A stretch of 64,000 nucleotides of DNA from a virus (Duplodnaviria > Caudoviricetes). The notes under the pieces are model-generated. The model was not told the origin of the DNA. It saw nothing but the letters and a program-made list of their open reading frames with translations, and did not search any database. Positions 51,700 through 59,802 of this stretch are shown in pieces. Position 1 is the first letter of the stretch. The number at the start of each line of letters is the position of its first letter. Both the position numbers and the translations under genes were made by a program. Where the stretch lies: positions 1 to 64,000 of IMG/VR virus record IMGVR_UViG_3300032135_000005. The stretch is one strand, 5' to 3'.

Positions 51700-52072
51700 C
51701 AATCTTAAATTTAAAAGTTAACATTGAACTCGGGACAATATTAGGGTTCATTTGGTATTTGCCATCATCCTTACCAAGAACATTCTTCTTCATAAGGGCA
51801 TCAAATGTGTTATTCAAATGTGCAGCTGAAATCTTCAACTCATCACACATCTCTTTACGGGTTTCCGTACTGAATAGAATAATAGACGCATAAGGTTCTT
51901 TAACTCCATCGGTCACATACTCAGCGTACTTACTTACTAAAACCGTAGCAACTTCTAATTGCTTATCTGCTAATCTTTCATTAGCCAGGAACACGCTTAA
52001 AAACGTACTTATAACGTGGGCCGAAGTTCCTGAAATGCTAATAACTAATCTATCTGCACTTAATAATTTCAT
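51689..52072 (-). CDS. Winged-helix protein (RepL/MarR-like)
   Basis: TRKEMCDELKISAAHLNNTFDALMKKNVL....GKYQMNP. Confidence 0.6.
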   Translation of the reverse strand: MKLLSADRLVISISGTSAHVISTFLSVFLANERLADKQLEVATVLVSKYAEYVTDGVKEPYASIILFSTETRKEMCDELKISAAHLNNTFDALMKKNVLGKDDGKYQMNPNIVPSSMLTFKFKIDGQ

Positions 52073-52095
52073 TTTGTCATTTCTTTGTTGTTAAG

Positions 52096-52127
52096 CAAAT
52101 GTATAACTATTTTTGTTATCCACCAAA
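52096..52127 (-). promoter_or_regulatory. Bacteroidota sigma-A type promoter
   Basis: TTTG-N20-TACATTTG on the minus strand, upstream of 51689..52072. Confidence 0.7.
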
Positions 52128-52134
52128 ACAATTC

Positions 52135-52395
52135 TTATTTTAGCTTGTTTACGAAGTTATCAATCTGAGCATCTATATCTTTGAACTGCTCTATATTTTG
52201 TTTACGAATATAATACCAACCCTTCTTAGTCAGGGTATAGTGTTTCTCATTTAACGGTTCTACGCATCCAGTACTCCTCATTCTTTTCAGCATATTTACA
52301 AAGGATTTTCCTACTGGCATAAAGTGAACGTGTGTTGTCTTTTCAAACTCTGACGTTGCCACGGCCAGAAGAACTTCTAATTTAGTAGCTTCCAT
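52135..52395 (-). CDS. Small winged-helix-like protein
   Basis: LKRMRSTGCVE.....YTLTKKG wing motif. Confidence 0.5.
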   Translation of the reverse strand: MEATKLEVLLAVATSEFEKTTHVHFMPVGKSFVNMLKRMRSTGCVEPLNEKHYTLTKKGWYYIRKQNIEQFKDIDAQIDNFVNKLK

Positions 52396-53266
52396 TTTGT
52401 ACTTTTTTAAATTCCATTATTGTGCTTTTGCTCACTCCCAGCGTTGCCGCTGTTCTACCTAGAGAATCATTAATCTCTTGTAACTCCAGGAACTTCGCGT
52501 ACTTTTCATATGTCCTATACGATTTGAATGCAGCACCTATATTATGGTCACTGATATTCTTCTTAGTGGCTTCACTCATATACTTAGTAATAGACCTAAT
52601 CGACGCTGACCCTTTCTTAGTAACCACCAATTTAGTAGTCTCAATCTTAGAAGTAGTAATCTTTACTTGCTCAAACTCATCCATCAAATGTTCTACCACA
52701 ATATGTATAGCTGAAGACATATGCTCATAAATCTTAGTCATTCTAGCCATGGCGTGTACTTCCTTCTTCATACTAGGAGTGAACATAGATGTATTAGAAA
52801 ATAAAACATAAACGCCCGTAGTTGGCGTATACGCACCATTTTTAAATAACAAATACATATTCAAAGCTCCGGAAACCTCCTCGAACTTAAGAACAGGTAC
52901 AGGAACTAGTCTGTCCATACTAACCTCTGAAGGTTTCATTACCATCGCAGAGAACCTCAACAAGATAAATTCCACTAACTTCTTTCTTGTAAGTAAATCA
53001 GGTGAAGGGTTCAAATACACTAGAGCACGGATAACCTCTTCCAAATAAGGATCAGATGCGCTCTTAATTCTAGACGCATAGAACTTATTGAATTTAGGTA
53101 CAGCTAAAGGCTCTTTAAAGATTAGAAAAGGCTCGTTCTTAAACCACTCCATTTGAATAAATCCAAACTCCTCCATTATATCTAACCTATCTATATCAAT
53201 ATCTTCTGAGCATAGACTAGTTCTTACCTTCCCACTCTTATTGGGTTTAATCGTTATTCCTTTCAT
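52382..53266 (-). CDS. Hypothetical protein with C-terminal HTH
   Basis: SLGRTAATLGVSKSTIMEF helix-turn-helix at the C-terminus. Confidence 0.55.
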   Translation of the reverse strand: MKGITIKPNKSGKVRTSLCSEDIDIDRLDIMEEFGFIQMEWFKNEPFLIFKEPLAVPKFNKFYASRIKSASDPYLEEVIRALVYLNPSPDLLTRKKLVEFILLRFSAMVMKPSEVSMDRLVPVPVLKFEEVSGALNMYLLFKNGAYTPTTGVYVLFSNTSMFTPSMKKEVHAMARMTKIYEHMSSAIHIVVEHLMDEFEQVKITTSKIETTKLVVTKKGSASIRSITKYMSEATKKNISDHNIGAAFKSYRTYEKYAKFLELQEINDSLGRTAATLGVSKSTIMEFKKVQNGSY

Positions 53267-53604
53267 GTTACTCGATCTATAATATTTATATCAAGATAAA
53301 AATCAGCAAAAATATGAACTGTATAAACAACTCTACCATTAGGCTTATCCGTATTTGTTTTTGTTGGAACCCATAAATCTTTATCAGGTTTAGTTAAACA
53401 ATTCTCCAACGCTTTAACCATTTCAGCAATAGGTGCCGCATCCTCAGTCCAAGGCATTGCCATAATATCCATATCGTTTGCTAAACTTCCGTGTAAACCT
53501 AAAGCCCATCCTTTATCGAGTGCTGCATTTCTAAAATCTTCCCACATACAAGCATAAAATACTGCTCTGCCATTTGTAATTACGTGTTCTCTACTTTTAG
53601 CCAT
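53263..53604 (-). CDS. Small nucleotidyltransferase-like protein
   Basis: LGLHGSLANDMDIMAMPW resembles the hG[GS]...DxD motif of the Pol-beta NTase superfamily. Confidence 0.5.
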   Translation of the reverse strand: MAKSREHVITNGRAVFYACMWEDFRNAALDKGWALGLHGSLANDMDIMAMPWTEDAAPIAEMVKALENCLTKPDKDLWVPTKTNTDKPNGRVVYTVHIFADFYLDINIIDRVT

Positions 53605-53610
53605 TTATAT

Positions 53611-53994
53611 TTAAAAATTATCTAATTCTACTGTTTGACCTTTCAAATGATGTGTACAATCACCTAAATATTGTATCATTCCATCTCTAACAAAAGAGTG
53701 ACATACTTCATGTAAATCATAAGGTAATTCTTCTCGGGTTGGATTCCGATTATGTTTCTTATAAAAAGCATCTGCTTTAGCAGCATTCCCAGGAGACGAG
53801 TGTTCCCAACTTATTTTAACTGACGGTGTAAATGTCGGCTTTTCTTCATTACCATTAAATCCCCAAATTGGAACCTTATATGTTAGATGAACTTGTTTAG
53901 TGTAAACTAAATGTGCACTATTACATCCCGGGCAATGAAAGTGATAACCTTCATTTCCATTGGCATCTACATATTTATAAACCTTCTTGCTCAT
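53611..53994 (-). CDS. Cys/His metal-binding protein (DUF6527-like)
   Basis: FHCPGC..AH, WGFNGN..KPTFTPSV, CHSFVRDGMIQYLGDCTH.L.GQTV.L. Confidence 0.7.
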   Translation of the reverse strand: MSKKVYKYVDANGNEGYHFHCPGCNSAHLVYTKQVHLTYKVPIWGFNGNEEKPTFTPSVKISWEHSSPGNAAKADAFYKKHNRNPTREELPYDLHEVCHSFVRDGMIQYLGDCTHHLKGQTVELDNF

Positions 53995-54000
53995 AATTAA

Positions 54001-54222
54001 TTATTTATAAAAATTAGCAATAATAATGTTCTTTGGTTCTTGCCCTTTCCACCACCATTCTCCGCCAGTCTTCATATGATGTTCATTAGAGGTTGTAATT
54101 AATACCTTTTGTATAACGGATAACTCATAATGGATACCATCATCGAGATAGCAATCTCCAGGTAGTGGGCAGGATAAAGATGCACAAAATATTCTTCCAT
54201 CTTTTCTTATTCTAACTGCCAT
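54001..54222 (-). CDS. Hypothetical protein
   Basis: 73-aa ORF in the co-oriented small-gene cluster. Confidence 0.5.
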   Translation of the reverse strand: MAVRIRKDGRIFCASLSCPLPGDCYLDDGIHYELSVIQKVLITTSNEHHMKTGGEWWWKGQEPKNIIIANFYK

Positions 54223-54316
54223 AATTGTACTCTGTATTATTCATCACCATTCATTAAAACGAAATGGCAACAAAGGTTGTAAATAATAAAACCCTTGTCA
54301 CCTCTCGCTTGACTAT

Positions 54317-54499
54317 TTAACCTAGTACAAATTCATAGATTTTAGCCGCAACCTCAATCACATCATCCTGATGTTTAATAACATCACCTATTTTGTTTGG
54401 TAGATAAACAGGTTTCCCAACAACTCTTGTTGCGTAATCAATACATTCTAGTCTCATTTGTTGGTTTCGTTTGTTTTCCAACTCTTTTGAATTACTCAT
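54317..54499 (-). CDS. Hypothetical protein
   Basis: 60 aa, RLECIDYA...VIEVAAKIYEFV helical pattern. Confidence 0.55.
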   Translation of the reverse strand: MSNSKELENKRNQQMRLECIDYATRVVGKPVYLPNKIGDVIKHQDDVIEVAAKIYEFVLG

Positions 54500-54555
54500 A
54501 ATATATAATTTAATTAACTCAGCGTTTTTCTAACCCCACGCTAAAAAAGGGTTTT

Positions 54556-54681
54556 TCATTCTGATTTGGTATTTTCAGGAGCTGCGTAGAGAACTTGCTT
54601 GGGCTCATCACATTGTTTATACTCTTCAATACCCATTCTCTGTGCAATACCATTTACTAATACGATGTACGTTCTACTCAT
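54556..54681 (-). CDS. Small hypothetical protein (41 aa)
   Basis: MSRTYIVLVNGIAQRMGIEEYK..., translated by eye; overlaps the upstream stop codon. Confidence 0.4.
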   Translation of the reverse strand: MSRTYIVLVNGIAQRMGIEEYKQCDEPKQVLYAAPENTKSE

Positions 54682-54853
54682 TATGTTTTAATTTAGGATA
54701 TCCTTTTACTTCTAGTTCTGCTTTAAGGGCTTTAACAAGTTCATTCATTTGTTCTCTACTCATTATAGGAAACATATCAGGATAGGTCGCAAACCTTCTT
54801 TCATCCTTTGGAAGAACCTTCCTAATGGCCGGTGCTTTTTTATATTTTGCCAT
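54674..54853 (-). CDS. Small hypothetical protein (59 aa)
   Basis: MAKYKKAPAIRKVLPKDERRF..., translated by eye; coupled to its neighbours. Confidence 0.45.
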   Translation of the reverse strand: MAKYKKAPAIRKVLPKDERRFATYPDMFPIMSREQMNELVKALKAELEVKGYPKLKHNE

Positions 54854-55049
54854 CTCTTATTTTTCTTGCCGTTATATCCCATTCGTATTCACCATTGGCA
54901 TCTGGTTTAATATCAAGATTTGCTGTAAGGTACTCTTCAATCATAAGTTTACATTCTGCCTTACGTTGTTCAAACTGTTGCTCCATATACTCTCCAATTT
55001 TTTCTGCATCAACAAACACCATTCCTAAATTATCAAAGAACTCCTTCAC
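54840..55049 (-). CDS. Hypothetical protein
   Basis: GTG-start ORF; the true 5' end may be frameshifted from the ATG at 55081. Confidence 0.45.
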   Translation of the reverse strand: MKEFFDNLGMVFVDAEKIGEYMEQQFEQRKAECKLMIEEYLTANLDIKPDANGEYEWDITARKIRDGKI

Positions 55050-55077
55050 TTCTTCTGGGTCATTTTCTTATATCTAC

Positions 55078-55356
55078 TCATTTCTTCTGCGGTTTTAATT
55101 CAAATAACTTATCTAACTCATTGGCTACAGACTGAACCAATATCTCACTCCTCTTCTCCTCTATTGCACCAATCTGAAAAAATATGGCGTGCACTAATTC
55201 ATGCATAAAGGTATTTCTAGTCATCTCTTTGGACATTCCTAAAGAGAGAATAAGTTCTTGATCTTCGGGTTCGTGTAGTCCAAAACACTTCTTTAACTTC
55301 TTAAACTTTACTTTGTAGGTAATGTTACCTACTTTAATTTTCTTTGGTATATCCAT
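55078..55356 (-). CDS. Small zincin-like metallopeptidase
   Basis: IPKKIKVG..TYKV N-terminus and TFMHELVHAI (HExxH); ATG at 55356. Confidence 0.7.
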   Translation of the reverse strand: MDIPKKIKVGNITYKVKFKKLKKCFGLHEPEDQELILSLGMSKEMTRNTFMHELVHAIFFQIGAIEEKRSEILVQSVANELDKLFELKPQKK

Positions 55357-55482
55357 ATTCTTAGGTTTTATAAGGGTTTGACCAGTACAGAAAGTATACA
55401 AAACATGCCCTATTACTATAGGCTATGTATTGTACATAAGTTGTACTACTCTAACCCTTGTCATTACTGGGTTCTTCTTCTT

Positions 55483-55683
55483 TTACGCTTCCGTGAGACA
55501 TAGGGGATGGTCCATTGGATTATAATCTCCTATATAGAGAACAGTAAATCTATAACTTGTATGAGATTCTTCTTGTACTCTCCATAAAGAACTAGTCCCA
55601 TTAGGGTACCAAACTACTTTTGCTTTCCCTATTCCGTGAAGAACACGTTCAGCATTATGATCTCTGGATATATTATTTTTCAT
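55483..55683 (-). CDS. Hypothetical protein (first gene of the minus-strand block)
   Basis: ATG at 55683, preceded by a near-consensus TAccTTTA element. Confidence 0.4.
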   Translation of the reverse strand: MKNNISRDHNAERVLHGIGKAKVVWYPNGTSSLWRVQEESHTSYRFTVLYIGDYNPMDHPLCLTEA

Positions 55684-55838
55684 ACAGTAAAGGTACAACT
55701 TTTATTTTAAAATCTGTACTATAATTTTTAAAAAAATATTTTCGTGTGTCATTTCTGGGACCACTATGTAACACCACCCCCATCTATAGAATCAGCCTAC
55801 ACGGGTAGGGTAATATTAAACGTTAAACATTTAATCTA

Positions 55839-56270
55839 ATGCAAGAAACAAAAACTAAAAACAGTACAGATGCACAAATGAAAGCATTTATGAAAGGAGC
55901 CGTTTACGTTCCTTCTACATTTACAAGTAATTCAACCTTATGGGTAAGCTTATCCAAATCAATAGTCATTGATTGTACAATTCACGCTTCTAAACAGAAC
56001 CCTGAAAAGTGGTGGGTAACTAACGACTTCGACAATGAAGGCGTCAGCACAGGTGACTGTTATGATCGGATCCAAGACCGATTTGATGCAGGGGAACGTT
56101 CCATTACCATTAAGATGATACATCAAGAGCCTCGTCCTGAGGCTGATTGTGGACCCACCATAGAGTACGTATTAGGTCTTGAACGTGGTAAGTCTGTAAT
56201 CGATAACTATCGATTAGCACTGGATACTCCAGGTGCTGTACGTAATAGTATTGCAATCTTAATGGATTAA
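55839..56270 (+). CDS. Hypothetical protein (first plus-strand early gene)
   Basis: 143-aa ORF with an A/T-rich leader, followed by a terminator. Confidence 0.65.
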   Translation: MQETKTKNSTDAQMKAFMKGAVYVPSTFTSNSTLWVSLSKSIVIDCTIHASKQNPEKWWVTNDFDNEGVSTGDCYDRIQDRFDAGERSITIKMIHQEPRPEADCGPTIEYVLGLERGKSVIDNYRLALDTPGAVRNSIAILMD

Positions 56271-56275
56271 TCAAT

Positions 56276-56305
56276 AAGAGGCGCTGACGCGTCTCTTTTC
56301 TTTTT
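56276..56305 (+). terminator. Intrinsic terminator
   Basis: AAGAGGCGC-TGAC-GCGTCTCTT hairpin followed by a T-rich tract. Confidence 0.8.
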
Positions 56306-56367
56306 ACTTGGAAAGTGTGAACTACCATTGAATTGGAAAGAACAAACTAAATTACTTTAAGCTATTA

Positions 56368-56547
56368 TAGTTAGTGTATTATACCTTAGAGAGTTAGTTG
56401 TAAAGAGTTAAAGTACTAATTTAGGTAAGAACTCCTAACTTAACTGTTTATTGAGTGAATAATGTGCTTGTAAGCCTTGGTATCAGAGCTCTAAGCCCTT
56501 TATTCCACATTGAACATCTTACAACTCATCAATAATCAAACTAACTA
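56368..56547 (+). ncRNA. Putative structured RNA element A
   Basis: Nested stems TAGTTAGT/ACTAACTA, AGTTGTAA/TTACAACT, AATGTG/CACATT and TTAGG/CCTAA. Confidence 0.35.
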
Positions 56548-56586
56548 ATATAACATAAACCTAATTAAAACTTTAAATAACTACTT

Positions 56587-56691
56587 ATGAAAACAATACT
56601 ATCTCGTGATTACAGTATACCTGCTGTATCAACTATCACTAAAACAGCTACACATACAATAATAACTTACACTAAGCCTCTCTTGACCTAA
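56587..56691 (+). CDS. Small peptide (34 aa)
   Basis: MKTILSRDYSIPAVSTITKTATHTIITYTKPLLT after a typical A-rich leader. Confidence 0.4.
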   Translation: MKTILSRDYSIPAVSTITKTATHTIITYTKPLLT

Positions 56692-56702
56692 TGACAGAGA
56701 CG

Positions 56703-56829
56703 CTATACATTTATGTAAAGTCCTACACTATTGACCAATGTAGGCATTAAACTTTGAGTCAAGCTCTTATAATACTGAGCAATGTATAGAGAACAAGTCC
56801 TAAGCAAGACTTACAGAGTTAAACTGCTT
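56703..56829 (+). ncRNA. Putative structured RNA element B plus H-type pseudoknot C
   Basis: B: CTATACATT/AATGTATAG closes CCTACA/TGTAGG and GCTC/GAGC hairpins. C: AAGTC/GACTT stem whose loop AAGCA can pair with the downstream TGCTT. Confidence 0.45.
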
Positions 56830-56842
56830 TTAATTAAAACTT

Positions 56843-57053
56843 AACTATTCACCCATAGGAAGGAATTCAATAGTGCTAGTAGTCAACAGCTCTCCCAATG
56901 AACTGCGCAACTGTAGCTCTCACTGAACTGAAACAAGTACACAACCCTTAATGCAAGTGCACATTGCAAAAAGCTAGCATAATAGCTAGACACTGAATTA
57001 TACAATAACATCTGATGTCTATTAGTACTCAGGCCAGTTGTATGTGAATAGTT
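56843..57053 (+). ncRNA. Putative structured RNA element D
   Basis: Perfect 10-bp closing stem AACTATTCAC/GTGAATAGTT; internal AATTCA/TGAATT, TGCAA/TTGCA, AGCTA/TAGCT and ATACAA/TTGTAT stems. Confidence 0.5.
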
Positions 57054-57063
57054 TTTAATCAAT

Positions 57064-57173
57064 AATAATCATTATAGGTGTTACATTCCAGCCCTTAATA
57101 TAACATAGTACCTGTATAGGTACTAGGCTAATTCTATATGCAGAGACCAACAGTTGTGGAGCTAATGATTATT
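57064..57173 (+). ncRNA. Putative structured RNA element E
   Basis: 11-bp closing stem AATAATCATTA/TAATGATTATT; internal TAGTACCT/AGGTACTA hairpin. Confidence 0.45.
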
Positions 57174-57190
57174 TATTAAACAATACTAAT

Positions 57191-57270
57191 CCTATGTGCT
57201 AACAGCTTACACGCATCCACAATAAGATGAAGATCTTTAGAGTAATTTGTAAATACTGTTAGCAAGTAGG
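57191..57270 (+). ncRNA. Putative structured RNA element F
   Basis: CCTA/TAGG plus 9-bp TGCTAACAG/CTGTTAGCA stem. Confidence 0.45.
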
Positions 57271-57295
57271 TATTATTAATTAATAACTTAGTATT

Positions 57296-57448
57296 ATGAA
57301 AGACTTAAATAAAGAACTATCAGATATATCTCTTAAAGAGCTATATAAATTCAGAAGTATACTCAACATTATTATTAACAATAGAATAGAGACTGAAAGA
57401 TTAGAAGATGATAATGAATGTGATGCAACTGAAGTTGATATTTATTAA
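57296..57448 (+). CDS. Small protein (50 aa) with acidic tail
   Basis: MKDLNKELSDISLKELYKFRS...DDNECDATEVDIY, translated by eye. Confidence 0.55.
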   Translation: MKDLNKELSDISLKELYKFRSILNIIINNRIETERLEDDNECDATEVDIY

Positions 57449-57469
57449 AAACAATTAAAACCTTTAAAA

Positions 57470-57739
57470 ATAAAACACAAAAAAGATACTTTTACCGAAG
57501 GAACTTATATTATAATAATTACTGTATTGGTAATGATATTTATAAGTATACTCATTAAAATAGCTCCAATGAGTAACAGTGAAGCAGGAGCTATAATGAC
57601 TGAACGTGGAGGATATATGTATAACTTAGATGTAGTTTACATTTATATGCCTGAAGAGCCATTGGAGATAGAACTAGAAGCTGCAACTATATTAGCTAGT
57701 AATGCTGATGTTGTTGTTTTATCCTTAATCCAAGAGTAG
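57470..57739 (+). CDS. Small membrane-anchored hypothetical protein
   Basis: Frame is open from ATA at 57470, after an A-rich leader; hydrophobic YIIIITVLVMIFISILI segment. ORF track starts it at TTG 57527. Confidence 0.45.
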   Translation: MKHKKDTFTEGTYIIIITVLVMIFISILIKIAPMSNSEAGAIMTERGGYMYNLDVVYIYMPEEPLEIELEAATILASNADVVVLSLIQE

Positions 57740-57740
57740 T

Positions 57741-57881
57741 ATGACCTATAAAAGAGCTAAACTAGAACTAAAGATATTTAAGATAGTGAAAGCTGTCTTA
57801 TTTATCATAGTAATATCCTGCTTTGTATGGTTCATAGTGGACTGTTTCACTCAAGGATATGATTATAAACTATTACGATAA
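57741..57881 (+). CDS. Small membrane protein (46 aa)
   Basis: MTYKRAKLELKIFKIVKAVLFIIVISCFVWFIVDCFTQGYDYKLLR. Confidence 0.5.
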   Translation: MTYKRAKLELKIFKIVKAVLFIIVISCFVWFIVDCFTQGYDYKLLR

Positions 57882-58028
57882 TAGCTAAAAAGAAGAAAGT
57901 TCGTCGTACAATAGTACCAATTGAGAACCCTGCTACTAATACTAGCTTGAAACCTAAACTTAAGAGGTCAATTGAATGGTTCTTAGGAGAATCTGAATCT
58001 AAATTTCATAAATAACAACTAAATAATT

Positions 58029-58313
58029 ATGTTAACACTTAAAAAACTTAAAGAAATGACTCCTGGGAAAGTATTTGCCCAAGGTGTAATTAAAAACTCC
58101 CTTGAAGGCATTTATATGACAGATTCAAGGATTGGAGAGAATCTTATGTGGGTAGCTAAACGTGGAGGTATTTATGATTGGGCTATTTACATACATTGGG
58201 AAATCAGTGGATTTAATTACGTACTTACATCAGGAGATAAAGTACAATCTAAAGAATATATTCAAAAGCTTATACCTTGTGACAAAGAAGCTTTGAAGAT
58301 GTATAGACATTAA
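58029..58313 (+). CDS. Hypothetical protein
   Basis: 94 aa, WVAKRGGIYDWAIY motif, A-rich leader. Confidence 0.65.
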   Translation: MLTLKKLKEMTPGKVFAQGVIKNSLEGIYMTDSRIGENLMWVAKRGGIYDWAIYIHWEISGFNYVLTSGDKVQSKEYIQKLIPCDKEALKMYRH

Positions 58314-58332
58314 CAATTAAAAAGAAATAATT

Positions 58333-58557
58333 ATGCCAAAACATTTTGTAACATTTGGACAAATACATATTCATAGAATCAATAATAAAGTAATAGATCG
58401 TGATTCTGTAGCTGTATTTAATGCAGATTCTCCTCAAGAAGGAAGAGATAAAGCTTTTGAATTCTTTGGAAATAAGTTCTTTACTGATTACCATGATAAA
58501 GAATGGACAGGAGAAGACTTACATTTCTTCCCAAGAGGATATGTAGAAATAGAATAA
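58333..58557 (+). CDS. Hypothetical protein
   Basis: 74 aa, HFVTFGQ.H.H...FFPRG pattern. Confidence 0.65.
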   Translation: MPKHFVTFGQIHIHRINNKVIDRDSVAVFNADSPQEGRDKAFEFFGNKFFTDYHDKEWTGEDLHFFPRGYVEIE

Positions 58558-58568
58558 CAACTAAACTC

Positions 58569-58599
58569 TTTGATTGTTATAAAACATTTTGTATATTTG
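58569..58599 (+). promoter_or_regulatory. Bacteroidota sigma-A type promoter of the HNH gene
   Basis: TTTG-N19-TATATTTG, ending 4 nt before the ATG at 58604. Confidence 0.7.
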
Positions 58600-58603
58600 T
58601 ATT

Positions 58604-59044
58604 ATGAAGAAAATAGATGGAACTTATTCAATTAATACTCAAGGAGTAGTGATGAATATTAAAACAAATAAAAAACTATCGCATACTATAAGTAATGGAT
58701 ATGTGGTAGTTTCTCTTTATAGAAAAAGTAAGAAATTACATCAATTATTGGCACAATGTTTTATACCTAATCCTAATAATTATAAATATATAAACCATAA
58801 AGATGGTAATAAATTAAATAATTCTTTAGATAATTTAGAATGGTGTAATTATAGTATGAATTTAAAACATGCTTGGGATAATAATTTAAGAGTTTGGAAT
58901 CCTAAGAGTGCTAGAGTAAGTAGATTTAATGATACTGAAAAAACTGAGATTAAATCTTTAAAAGTTACTAAAACTAATAAAGAAATAGCTCAATTATATA
59001 ATTGTCATCCTTCTATTATACAAAGAATAACAAGTAATAAATAA
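58604..59044 (+). CDS. HNH homing endonuclease (I-HmuI/HNH_3-like) with C-terminal HTH
   Basis: NGYVVVSL, LHQLLAQCFIPNP...INHKDGNKLNNSLDNLEWC..S.N..HA, and KEIAQLYNCHPSIIQRI; very AT-rich. Confidence 0.88.
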   Translation: MKKIDGTYSINTQGVVMNIKTNKKLSHTISNGYVVVSLYRKSKKLHQLLAQCFIPNPNNYKYINHKDGNKLNNSLDNLEWCNYSMNLKHAWDNNLRVWNPKSARVSRFNDTEKTEIKSLKVTKTNKEIAQLYNCHPSIIQRITSNK

Positions 59045-59046
59045 TT

Positions 59047-59285
59047 AAACTCTTTGAATTGAAGATAAACAATAATTAAATGAAAGGATGATTGTCTAGA
59101 GGCATATTTAATGCGACAATAGGGTTATGAGGATTTTAATTATAAACTGTATCAGCAGTTGTGTTCCCGTAAGGGTATTAAATATTGTAGATGTATTATA
59201 GATATAAGAGACCTAGTTGAATTAACGACTGCAATGGCACATATCATACATAATATCCCATAACTGAACTTTGGGCAAAGAGTTT
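59047..59285 (+). ncRNA. Putative structured RNA element G
   Basis: 10-bp closing stem AAACTCTTTG/CAAAGAGTTT; GGTTATG-GGAT/ATCC-CATAACT; ATTGTC/GACAAT; AACTG/CAGTT; CCC-GTAA-GGG (GNRA loop); ATTGTAG/CTGCAAT. Confidence 0.55.
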
Positions 59286-59316
59286 TTTAAATTAATAATT
59301 AAAATCAATAAGAATA

Positions 59317-59487
59317 ATGGGAAAGAAATATGACCCTAATACACGCGAGCAAATATTTGAGCTCAAAGGAAATCGAACTGTGTTCAAAACACACAATGGC
59401 TTCAAATGCCATCTACAAGATAAAAATGATGTTGTTACACCTATTTCACAAGAATACTACACTAAAGTAAAACGCAGTAAACTATGA
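59317..59487 (+). CDS. Small hypothetical protein (56 aa)
   Basis: MGKKYDPNTREQIFELKGNR...; stop overlaps the next ATG (ATGA). Confidence 0.55.
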   Translation: MGKKYDPNTREQIFELKGNRTVFKTHNGFKCHLQDKNDVVTPISQEYYTKVKRSKL

Positions 59488-59669
59488 AATATCTTAAATA
59501 CACAGCATTAGTATTAACCTTTATATTTATGATGATACCAGCATATAATAGCTATGATTTAGTTGTTACCAATGTACATAACTTTATGGACAATTGGTAC
59601 TACTATGTATTAGCATTAATATGTTATGTTATCTATGTAGTATTAAAGAACAAAAACATTTTTAAGTAA
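59484..59669 (+). CDS. Small two-helix membrane protein
   Basis: Two hydrophobic segments. Confidence 0.55.
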   Translation: MKYLKYTALVLTFIFMMIPAYNSYDLVVTNVHNFMDNWYYYVLALICYVIYVVLKNKNIFK

Positions 59670-59780
59670 GCAAGCGATTAATTAACACGCTGCTCATTGC
59701 TTACGAGCACCTAACCTTTTATTGGATCTACTAACAATAACGTTGTTGGAAATCGAACCGGACTAATAAAGTTAGGTGCT
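59666..59780 (+). ncRNA. Putative structured RNA elements H and I
   Basis: GTAAGCAA/TTGCTTAC hairpin, then 10-bp AGCACCTAAC/GTTAGGTGCT plus TTTATTGG/CTAATAAA stem. Confidence 0.5.
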
Positions 59781-59802
59781 TTAATTAAAATCCATAAAAC
59801 TT

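Larger units (their letters stand above)
58562..59057 (+). repeat. 12-bp direct repeat TAAACTCTTTGA flanking the HNH cassette
   Basis: Copies at 58562..58573 and 59046..59057. Confidence 0.7.

Noticed and set aside
55040-55081. Programmed frameshift joining ATG 55081 (MSRYK) to the 54840..55049 frame
   Set aside because: A single missing A would explain it, there is no clear slippery site, and a GTG start is available; it cannot be told apart from an assembly error.
1079-55098. Short plus-strand ORFs in the track (for example 1079..1285, 27668..27988, 52422..52730)
   Set aside because: They are antisense shadows of long minus-strand genes.
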